This document shows, piece by piece, positions 12,383 through 22,951 of a stretch of 64,000 bases of DNA. The notes under the pieces are model-generated. The model was not told the origin of the DNA, did not search any database, and saw nothing but the letters and a program-made list of their open reading frames with translations. Location of the stretch: NCBI GenBank assembly GCA_963575745.1, contig CAUYUJ010000114.1, positions 248,001 through 312,000 of the forward strand, given 5' to 3'. The number at the start of each line of letters is the position of its first letter. Position 1 is the first letter of the stretch. Both the position numbers and the translations under genes were made by a program. This stretch comes from Prorocentrum cordatum (lineage: Eukaryota).

Positions 12383-15172
12383 TCAGGCCGGCTGGCCTGC
12401 TCCCTGCGCAACGGCTGCGAAGACCTGCGACGGCAGCGCCTGCACCTCCCCTCCGAGGTCGCCACTGCCGCCTGCCTGCTCTGAGGGCCCAAAGATCTGG
12501 CGCTCGAGATCTTCGCCGAGGGCCGCGTTCAGGGCTGCAACATTTGGGATCTGCTGCGGGAGCGGGTCCGTCGGCGGCGGCGGGTCCGTCGGTGGTGGCG
12601 GCGCCCCAGGGGGCGCCGTCAGCGGCGGCGGCGGCGGGGCCATGATGGCCGCTGGCGGGGCCCCGAATGGCGGCGGTGGCGGGTCCTGGCTGCCGGGGGC
12701 CCACCCGCGGGGGTGCGCTGGCGGCGCGGGCGGGGGCGGCACGCGGGGCGACCCCTGCGCCACCCCCGCCGCCCGTGAGGCTGCCCTCACGCAGGTTGTG
12801 GCGGCGCTCGTAGAGCGCCAGCTCCCTGCGCGCCATCTCCAGGCGCTCCCTCTTGGCCTTGTTCCGCGCCTTCTTGCTGTAGCCCGCCCACTCTGGGTCG
12901 TTCAGTCCCCAGGCGACCTGCGCGTAGAGGTCGGTCCACTTGAACTCGGTCAGGCTCTCCCAGGAGAGCCCCTCCATCAGCGCATAGTGGCCCTCCCACT
13001 GTGGCTGGTGTGGAGCGTGGCGCTTGAAGACGGCGCCCACCGCCAGCGGCTCGACCTTGGGCAGGTACTTCAGGAGGTCCACCGCGCTGAACACTGGCAT
13101 CTCCTCCCTCTTGAGCTTGTCGTAGCGCAACAGGGCCTTCAAGTCACGGATGTCCTCCGCGGGGTGCTCCGCGCGCATGCAGTACGCACGTGGCGGGTTC
13201 AACTCTTCCTCTATGAACTCGATGCAGACGCCGCAGGAGGTCGAGTAGCGCGCACCGCAGTGGCAGTACCAGCGCCGGCCCGTCTCCCCCGCCGCCTGCT
13301 GCGCGCAGGAGAGCAGCTGTGACCAGCGACCCGATCGGATCACCGAGCAGCATCCCCTGGGATTGTCCCAGGTCTTGTTGGCCGAGCACTTGTAGTACAT
13401 GTTGAACGTGAAGCCCTTGCCACGGTAGAACTGGTCCGCGTAGTCGCCCATGCGGCGGTAGGCCCCCTGCGCCGCGGCGTTGCCCTGGCACCCCTCCTTC
13501 CAAGCACGCTTGTGTCCCAGGTGTGCGTCCGCAATCCCCGAGGCTTCCAGGAGGCCCTTCTTCGGCCTTCACACGTCCTCCTCGGCCTCCTCATTCAGCG
13601 CGTCGAGCCACGTCTGGACCCCGCCCTGCGCCTCTGCGCCCCTCACCACGTCCTCCTTCTTCTCCAGGATGGGCCCCAGGCCCCCCAGCATGCGGGTGCG
13701 CATGGCCTCGAATACGAGGACGCCATAGGCCCGCGCCATACGCTTCAGCGATTTCTTGGAGAGGCCGAGCCGCAGCAGGGGCTCGATGTCCGTGACCTCT
13801 TCCACGGTCTTGACGTCAGTCAGCTGGTGCTCCCGGTCCTCAGCATCGACGTCGGGCTGGGGGTCGCTCTCTTCGTCACGGGGAGGTTCTTCCTCGAGGG
13901 GCGGGGGTGGCGCACGGGGCGGCCCCGGCACCGCCCCCGCCTCCATCGCCATCGGGCGACCAACCTCCTCCGCCACCGCTTCCGTGGCTGGGGGGGGCGC
14001 CCGTGCTCTCGGGGTCGATGCCCACCCCCACGCCCCCCGTTGACCTCCGCGGGGCAAGCAAGCCTCCCTCGGAGAGCGCGAATCCCACCAGCACGTCCAT
14101 GCCCTCCTTGATGTAGTCGAAGATCGAACGGAACTTCGCCACTCGCTTGGCGGCGTGGTCGATGGAGCCTGGGCCCTTGTTCGAGCGCGCTGCGCGCGTC
14201 GCGGCCTCGTGCTCGGCGATGTTCTGCGTCGCCGCCACGCAGCGCGAGCACGTGCACAGCTTGTACTGCCCCTCTTTGCCCTTCCTCAGCTCGGGGCATT
14301 GCTGATTGCATTCTTTGGCCTCCGCATGACGGCGCATCTCCCCACAACTGAGCTCGTCCACGTACTCCACCGCCATGATCTTCCAGTCGTCCAGCTCCGT
14401 GCACCTCCGACACCAGCCCAGGCGCTGCGGCGGGACCCAGTACGCACCCGCGCAGTGGACGTAGCCCGCCTCGGCGTAGTCCTCCTCCGCAATCATCTCG
14501 GCGTCTTCGAGCGCGGCTGGTGTGCCGCCGCTCGGCTGGGGGGCCTGGCCGTAGACGGCCTTGTTGCTGCGTCGGCGGCGGCGGTCGCCTCCATGACCGC
14601 CGAGGGCACCCGTGGTCGCAGCACTCGGGGCCTCGCTGGCGGCCCCGTCGTCCACGGAGCGACCGCCGTCGGCGTCGCTGCGCGCACCTCGGCCACCGAC
14701 CCACAGCCTGCCCCCTCAGCTGGAGGCCGTGGAGCGCAAGGGTGGTCGCGTCCAACCCACGGCGCTGCTCCGTGGTGAAGTTGGCGCAAGTGGCTGCCGC
14801 TGCCAGGGCGGCCGTCGTCACTGGCACCACCGCCGACGTGGGCATCGCTCAGGCCTCAGCGGGCGCCTCAGCCGTCGCCGTGGGGCCTCCCTCCGAGGCG
14901 CCATCGGAGGCGGCGGCACTGGGGGCGGCCCCCGCACCGCCGCCTCCTTCGGCGTCCTCGGCGGGCGTCACTGATCCCGTGGGCAGTGTCGGCGCCGTCC
15001 GAAAGGTCGCCGCCTCGGACATCATGTCGAACTCCTCGTCGTCGCTCTCCGACACGCTCACCTGCTGGCCAGGGCGCTGCGTCGGCCTTGCTTTGGAAGT
15101 GGGTGCGTCGGCCGCGGAAGCACCGCTGGCCTTCGCACGCGCCTCATCCTTCGCCTTAGCTTTCGCCGCCAA
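12383..15172 (-). pseudogene. Disrupted gene for an unknown Cys-rich protein
   Basis: Coding-like pieces lie in successive frames: 14849..15172, 13876..14655 (WCRRC, LCTCSRC), 13569..14057, 12339..13451 (YYKC...CCSVI...RWYCHCGARY) and 12383..12790. An in-frame TGA at 13569-13571 is followed by the same frame reading into AYRRMGDYADQF. Confidence 0.6.
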
Positions 15173-15247
15173 AGCCTCGCGAAGAGGCGCCGCATCGTGA
15201 CTAGGCGAGTCGGCGTGCGTCTTGGCAGGCCAGGGCGTCGGCGCGGG

Positions 15248-15253
15248 CTACTA

Positions 15254-15336
<83 letters not shown>

Positions 15337-15406
15337 GCTACTACTGCTACTGCTACTGCTACTGCTACTACTACTGCTACTGCTACTGCTACTGATACTG
15401 CTACTG

Positions 15407-15458
<52 letters not shown>

Positions 15459-15483
15459 GACTACTACTACGACTACTACTACG

Positions 15484-15525
<42 letters not shown>

Positions 15526-15561
15526 GCTAATAGTACTACTACTACTACTACCACCACCACC

Positions 15562-15592
<31 letters not shown>

Positions 15593-15594
15593 CC
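15248..15594. repeat. (CTA/CTG)n then (CCA)n microsatellite tract
   Basis: Directly visible. Copia-2 ends against it. Confidence 0.95.
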
Positions 15595-15700
15595 TGTGGC
15601 AGACGGAGACAGACTAGGTGTTTTACCCTTGAGCCACATTGGTCACGGACAGAAACTCCTGACGCTGAACCTATCAGTGAAAATCTGCCTCACTGCAACA
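15595..15700 (-). repeat. Candidate 3' LTR of copia-2 (~106 bp)
   Basis: Reads TGTTGCAGTG...TCTGCCACA. It is preceded by purine-rich AGAAGAAAG and followed by host microsatellite. Confidence 0.55.
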
Positions 15701-15866
15701 CTGGTCAAACTTTCTTCTAGGTTCAGCTCTCCCCATGTCAGGAGAACTGTGACCACCCATTCGCGGAAAAGCGCAGTACGCGGTGGCGGCTTTCTATGGA
15801 AGCCTCCGTCCCCCAGGACGGCCGCATTCAAGAAAACAAGGTGAGAATGAGAGCAACAATGGAAAA

Positions 15867-18540
15867 CTATTGAAATGATGGTGGAGGTAGGCCGGGAGGA
15901 CCGTCCGGCCGAGGGGGAGAGGAAAGGGGGGAGATAGGACCACCACCACCACCACCACCTACCTGGTAGAGCTCCTGGTCCAGGAACTCCTGCCACGACA
16001 GCATGTTCTGACTCCGGGCCAACTGCCTTCTAGACGCCAGCTGGGAGCGATCCTTGAGCTCTGGCGCCGCTCGGCGGCGATCCAGCTCGGAGCTCTCGTC
16101 CACCAGGATGAGCCGGCCTCGAGTCATGAGGTCGGCCAGGGCGGCATTGCTCTTGGTGATGTCATCCTTTGTCAGTGGATCTACCGGCATCCTGCCGTGT
16201 GGGATCCATCGCACGCTTCCGCGCGCTCGTTCTAGTGCTTCGCAAATGATTGCGAGGTCCAGTGCAGTGCGCCTGTCCTTGGCGCTGGCGTTCCCCTCCT
16301 TCAACATCGTGTCGTAGATGGACTTTGCATCTACGACGTGCACCTGGTTCTCCCGGGACCCCAGCTTGCAATCCCTACGAAGCACGGTGGTGAAGGGCCC
16401 TGAGGCCCTCCTGCACTCAGGGACGTCCACGTCCTGGAACATCACGTCCCTGTAGAGCACTTGAAGGTACTCCACCTCCGCCACGGCGGCGGACAATGCC
16501 TGGGTTTCCCCGGCCAGGGTGGACGGGACCTTACGTCGTAGCTTACTACTCCTCCAGCCCAGGAATGACGCCTTGACCGAGCTGTTCAACAGCACAGACT
16601 TGTCAGTGGCCAGCACCAGCCAAGCCCCCTGGGTTGGGTCGGCCGGGAGCCCCCAGTCATCATTCATCTTGATGTCAGCTCCTACTCCCCCGGCGTCTGA
16701 AAACGACACAAACGCCATACGGTCCGGGTCCAGGCTCCAAATCGTCAGGCCTCGAGAGGCCGTCGTCCGAAGATGTTTGACCAACTTGTTGGCACAGGAA
16801 ACATCGTAAATCGTCGCGCTCTTCAAACGGCTGGCCAGGATCGAAGCGATGCCTGCGGCCTCCGGCCTGGATTCCCTGCCGACCCAATTAAACTTATATA
16901 CCAGGGACCTGAGTGCTCGAAATTCGTCTGGCTCGAGTGGGGAGTCACTACGGGACATCCTCCCCCTGGCTAAGCTCAGGGGCCGAATCTCCTCGAGGAT
17001 GTATTTTTCTTGATCAACGGTTATCTTCTGCTCCCCAAGCGTGATCCGCCGTCCGGCGAAGTCCACTGGACTCGCGTGGCAGTCCCTGCACTTACCGAAC
17101 TTGAACCTGGCCTCCAGCAACTGCCGGACCCAGGCTCTCGAGGTCGAGTCGCAGCTGCCGATCATGAAGTCATCTACTTCTAGCAACATCATGTTGAGGA
17201 TCTGGCCCTGGGACCCGTAGCGCATCCACCAGCACGGTTCCAACAGGCTTCGGACGAAGCCATTCTGCTCTAGATAGCTAACAACCGTGCGCCTCCACGC
17301 CACTGGGGCGTCGTCCAGCCCATACACATTCACCAGAAGCTCGATGAGGGCCCCCGGCTCCAAGTCTATCCCCTCGCAGGGCTCAACGAAGATCTGGCCT
17401 GCAGCACGCTGCATGGGATTGGACTGACAGAAGGCGTTCTTAACGTCGGCTATGTCCAGAAACTGATGCAGGTTGGCTGAGACCTGCAGAAACATCATGA
17501 TCGACGAGGTCTGGGGAGTTGGCGCGTACACTGCCAGCGAGCCCGAGTCTGGGTCACGATGGCCGTGCACGCACCACCTCGATTTTGCCTCCGGCTCGGC
17601 AAACGTTCCTTCCACCGGCTTCCACCTGCGAACCATCCGGCTGGAGATAATCCTGTCCGGAAGCTCACGTCGGATGACTTTCGCCCTAGCCGGAGGAACG
17701 ACTCGAACGGCCCCGGTCCCCATCATAGCCGCCCATTCCTTCTGGTCCGAGGCACTGAACTTAGCCCGCTCGGCCGGAGAAAGCTTTTTCAGAGAAACTT
17801 CGGCCCCTCGACCCGTGGCGAAAGTGCCGCCGTCCTCGCAGACCCCGGTCCAGCTCGACTGCACGGGGAAAACCCTAACGCCCCCCCGCTCGGCCGCCAG
17901 CCGAAAATCCTCAGTGGCCCCCTCAAACCCGGTGCCGCTAGGGGATCTCGATCGACCACGTCCCTCAATCGCTCTCACACGGTCACGAACAGAGGCGGCT
18001 GGCTCACTTCCCGAGATCATAGGAGGACGCTCCTGGGAGGGTCCTGGCCCTGGACTGTCACCGCCACCACCGACCTCGGGCGAGGGAGGAAGCAGAGAGG
18101 TCCCCTCCGGGCTCGGTACCTCGGGCGGGGCGGGCGCCGAGGAGTCGGAGCCTCCCTCCGTCTTGGCCCGCTTCATCTCGGGCGGGCAGCTCTCGGCCCG
18201 GGCTCGCGCAATGCACGGGGGCACGTCGGATGGCTGCCTCAGCCTCGTTCGACTCTGTCTCCCCTCGGCCGGGGTGGGAGCGGGAGGCAAGGAGACAGGA
18301 GCGGGAGGAGGTGGGATAGCCGAGTCCCCGTTCCCGCTCGTCGCCTCTCCAGGCGGTCCGTGGGCGTCCGTCGGACTCTTGGACTCTCCCGGACCATCCT
18401 CATCCCTCTCATCCCGGCGAGGAGAAGGAGGAGCGGTAGGAGGGGTGATCGACCTGGCCATCTCGGACGGCTCTCGAGTCTCCGGAATTGAGGGCAGTCT
18501 CGAGCCCGGCTGAGCCACCACGGATCCGGCTCGAGATCCC
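15867..18540 (-). CDS. copia-2 Pol, RT + RNase H portion
   Basis: AKSRWCVHGHRDPD, YAPTP, IADVKNAFCQS, NVYGLDDAPVAW, LLEVDDF; RNase H FSDAG, STLAGETQ, VVDAKSIYD, MPVDPLTK. It joins the upstream ORF by a frameshift, probably at the G homopolymer near 18540. Confidence 0.9.
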
Positions 18541-20443
18541 CCCCCCTCGAGCGAGGTGGCCTCGGAAGGCCCATGGGCCCGACCCGAGAAGGATTGGGCC
18601 GAGAGCTCCTTTCCTCGGGCCCGATCTCCTCCCGGGGAACCGCCGCCGGCCCCGGGATCCTCGGTCCCGGGTCGGGGTCCATGATCGCGGGTTCGTCGAG
18701 CGAGTCGTCGGGAGGGGGGCCTTCTCTCTGCACATCGACAGCCGAAACTCGCTTAGTGCGCGAGGCAAGGAGAAGCTCCTGCCACTGGGGGTCTTGGGCT
18801 AACTGAAGTCCGTACTCCTCCTCGGGACTGGCCAGTCGCAGCTGCTCCTGACTACACTTCCACAAACGAGCCCTAACGGCCACCCACACGGCCCCCCCTT
18901 CACTAAGAACGACCACCCCCGGACCGCACCACCCGTCTCTCCGACGGCCGAGGGCGTCGGCTCTGGAGGACGTGCGGGAAAAGTGTCGCCACGCGAACGC
19001 CCACTGCCCCGGAGTGTACCTCTGAACGACTGGCGGCTTCGCCCTCGAGGCGCGGCTGATCTTCTCGCGAGATGTCGTCTCCATCGCCAACCGTCGAGCC
19101 TCGGCCCGAATCTGCTGCGCTCTCGCAAACTCGGCCCCGGCCTCGTCCTGCTCGGCCGAAGGGCGAATGAGATCCTGCCAGCCAGGAAGCCCCCGGTGGT
19201 CGTCGGAGAAGATGTCATGGGGGAGGCGGGGGTTTTCTCCGAAAACGAGTTGGAGGGGGGAGAACCCTCCGCGGTGCCAGAAGCGGTTCTTATGAGCAAC
19301 CAGCTCGGTGATGAGGTCATCGAGCTCTTCGATCGTCTCCGGCACGAAAGACCCCGCCTCCAGCTCCGAGCGCACTCGCTCCTTGACCCACCCCCCATGG
19401 CGTTCAACCCTTCCGTTTTGCCAGGGGGAGTCTGCGTCGCAGACGTGATGGCACACCCCCCACTGCTCAAGACCGCGGGCGAAACGCGCTCCAAATTCCG
19501 AACCCCCGTCCGAGATCAGGAACTGGGGGGCTCCCAGAGGTCTAATCCACGCTCGAAGGAACTCCGACCACACCTCTGAGGCCGTCGCTGAGGAGACTCG
19601 AACCATCACTTGAAGGTTGGACCCGTGGTCCACAATGTTGAGATATGGCCTCGTCACCCCTTGGAACTCCAAGTATATGAGGTCCACTCCCACAATGTGG
19701 TTGAACCTAAACGTGCGTGGGAGCGCCACCCTTCGATGAAGGCCCGATCGGGCCCTTTCCGCACACTCGGAGCAGTGAAACTTGGTACTGGCCCAGCGCA
19801 CGAGTCGGCGCTTCGCTCCTCCAGCCCTGAGCACCCTCGCAAACTTTCTGACCTCGGGATGCCCCATGTTCACGTGGAGCTTGTATATTAATCTCTTCTC
19901 GTCCTCACTAGGTTCGATCTCTTCGAAAGTGGTCTTGCCTCCTTTCGATGTCGGTCGAGTCTCAGGCTCGTCCTCGCTCTCGCTCGAGACGACCTCGCTC
20001 TCCCCCTCGGCTGGCCCGACCTCCCCTTCCGGGTAGTCATGCTCAACGAGGTCTGCCCAAGCCGCCTTACTCCGAACGGGGGCCCCCGCCCAGTACTCCG
20101 CCACGGCTCTGGCCACGGTTCGGGAAAACTGGAGAGGATAGCGACTCGCCTTGGTGGTGATCGAGCCCCCTTCAAGGACCGCATGCGGATGTCCCCCGGT
20201 GCAGAGGTGCCCCTCCAGACGCTGGAGGAGAAGCGGGTGGTTGGACAGTAGTCCTGTAGGCTTCTTATTCAGTCCTCGACTGTCCACCTGCATCCCGAAA
20301 CTGCACATGTCGACTCGGGTCCGCCTAACCCCCGGGAGCGACGAGACACAGCGAACGACGAACGAGCCCCAAGACGACGCGTAGAGTGGATGCTCGAACG
20401 CGAAGTATCTGCCTTGGTTGACTTGGTGCTCCGCGATCTCCAT
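18541..20443 (-). CDS. copia-2 Pol, C-terminal half of a C5 cytosine-methyltransferase-like domain followed by integrase
   Basis: DNMT-like motifs FAFEHP, VDMCSFG, KKPTGLLSN and ASRYPLQFSRTVA. Integrase motifs LHVNMGH...CSEC, VGVDL, ISDGGSEF and SPWQNGRVERHGG. Confidence 0.85.
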
Positions 20444-20550
20444 CCCAGAGGATCGGCGATTGCTAGGCTAGGCCGGGTGAAGTTCAAGTGTTGCCACAGC
20501 GCTCAATTCTTCGCGCAGGACTTGGAGTGCTAGCCTAATACTTAAGTGCA
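20444..20550 (+). repeat. Left TIR and subterminal repeats
   Basis: TIR at 20444-20466; subterminal GTTCAAGTGTTGC, ACTTGGAGTGCTAGC and ACTTAAGTGCAC. Confidence 0.8.
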
Positions 20551-20679
20551 CTTTCCACATCTATTTAGCGGTGTTTGTGGTTTGCGGCTTGTGGCGCGCT
20601 TGTGCGTTAGCAAGTTCGCGTTCTTGTTTGTCGGGTTTATGTCGCGCGGTCTGTTACTGACGCGAACTGTGCGCACAAA

Positions 20680-20719
20680 ACATCATAAACATCATCACCA
20701 TCATCAACATCATCCACAT

Positions 20720-20753
<34 letters not shown>

Positions 20754-21772
20754 ATCATCATCATCGACATCGGCATCATCATCATATGTTCACCATCGTC
20801 AACTTCCGACTGCCCTTACGGGAGAGGGAGATGATAATATATAAGATGGATGAGGATGATGGTGGCGATGAGGCGGAGGAGGAGGAAGATGAGGAGGAGG
20901 AGGAAGGGGGAGGAGGAGGAGGAGGAGGAGGAGGAGGAGGAGGAGAAGGAGGAGGAGGAGGAGGGGGAGGAGGAGAAGGAGGAGGAGAAGGATGAGGGAG
21001 AGGAACGGGACCATAATGATGCTGATGATGATGAGGAAGAGGACGAAGATGATGATGCTGGGGAATATGAGGATGATGATGAGGGCGAGGACGGGGGGGG
21101 GAGAATGCGAAGGAGGAGGATGATGAGGAGGAGCAGGATGAATAGGAATATAGGATAATCCATATGAGAGGGATGAGGAGGGTGGATGGGGATGAGGAGG
21201 AGGACGAGGGGAGGATGATGACGTCGACGCGAAGGATGAGGCGCAGGAGGAAGAGGAGGAGGAGGATGAGGAGGAGGATGGGGACGACGATGATGATGAG
21301 AAGAACCAGGGAGGCGGATGATGAGGAGGAGGAGGAGGGGGGATGAGGAGGAGGAGGGGGATGAGGGGCATGTGGAATGGGGGGATGATCTGTATGAGCG
21401 GTAGCAGGCGGCGCATGGCGAACATTATGAGCAGGAATTTGGTGTGGATGATGTTCAGTGCGATAGTGCCGATGACTATTCTGACGATGTTGATGATATT
21501 GATGATGGTCATGGTGTCGATGATGATGATGTTGGCGATGACGGTCATGATGATGATGGTGGTGATGGTGATGGTGATGATGTTGATGACGATGCTGATG
21601 ATGACGATGACGATGATGATGATGCTGATGATGATGACGATGACGATGACGATGATGATGATGATGATGATGGTGATGATGCTGATGATGATGATACTGC
21701 TGCTGAAGCTGATGATGGTGATGATGATGATGCTGATGATGATAATGCTGATGCTGATGCTGATGCTGATGC

Positions 21773-21816
<44 letters not shown>

Positions 21817-22680
21817 GTGGTGCACATCGTCCGTCCATCGGATGCGTCGCGTCGCTCGCTGCCCGCAGCGCCATGCCAGCATTCAAGCTGGAGGTGTCCC
21901 CCCTCAGCCAGCAGCAGAAAGCAGCTTGGATTGGCAGAGGCTGGGCGCGGGACGCCATGGCGGAGCGGGGCGGCGGCGACAGGGGTGGCGGCACGGCGCC
22001 AGCCGACACGATGGTCGAGTCCCCGTCCTCGATGATGGAGCTCGGGCACATCGAGTCGACCAGCCGCCACCCCGACAACGCTGGCCTGCCGATGCGCCCG
22101 TGCCACTACTGCGCCATCCCGCCGAGCGTTGCAGCAGGCGCGCTCGGCGACACGGAGGGGTGAGTGAGGACGGAGGAGGACGGAGGGATAATATGGACGG
22201 GGATGCGGAATAAGAGGACGGAAGAGGAGAAGGAGGAGGAGGAATACGGAAGGACGGACGGACGTAAGGAGGAGGCGGAGGACGGAGGGACGCGAGGAGG
22301 AGGACGGATGAGGAGACGTACAGGGGGATGACGGAGACGGAGGCGTGCGCGTATCTAGGCACATGCGAACGCGCGCACGCGCACGAACACACACACACAC
22401 ATACACACACACGCACACATACTCCACAACTTACCACGGCATACGCCACACGTACATACACTTGCACACGCACCCCGCATGCGCACGCACACGAGCGCGC
22501 GCTCGCACACATTTACACACACCCACACACACACACACGCACACACACATGTTCACACGCTCACACACACACACACACACTTACACACACACACACACGA
22601 GTGCACACACACACACACGCACGCACGCACGCACGCACGCACGCCGACACGCACGCGCACGTACGTACGCGCGCACACGC
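20680..22680. repeat. Microsatellite block: (CAT)n, (GAG)n, (GAT)n, then (CA)n/(CGCA)n, with a short unique island at ~21820-22160
   Basis: Directly visible. Confidence 0.9.
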
Positions 22681-22951
22681 ACGTTCGGACATGAGCGAAG
22701 CGCGCGTGTGCGGACACACTCGGTCCGTCCAGGGTTCGAGCGGTTCGGCGGCTCGGCCCGTTCACCCTCGGAACTCGCTGGCCCTGGACCCCTTCGGGCC
22801 CAGGCAGATACGTTGTAGTTGGCTCCGTCTCGAAACGATCGCCGCATCGAAATGGTTCGGGCCACGTGGCAGTCGCCGCGCCGTCGACCGCGACGATGTC
22901 GAAACCAGTTCGTAGCTGTTTTTTGTGGCTCGAGGCCATTCGGTCGAGCGG

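Larger units (their letters stand above)
15595..20443 (-). mobile_element. Ty1/copia LTR retrotransposon (copia-2), 5'-truncated at the TIR at 20444, carrying a DNA methyltransferase-like segment
   Basis: INT-RT-RH order and a candidate 3' LTR at 15700-15595. Gag and protease are absent. Confidence 0.9.

Noticed and set aside
20462..20500. Minus-strand peptide LWQHLNF resembling the sequence after DNMT motif IV
   Set aside because: It is out of frame with the DNMT segment, preceded by a stop, and lies within the TIR/subterminal DNA, so it is treated as coincidence.
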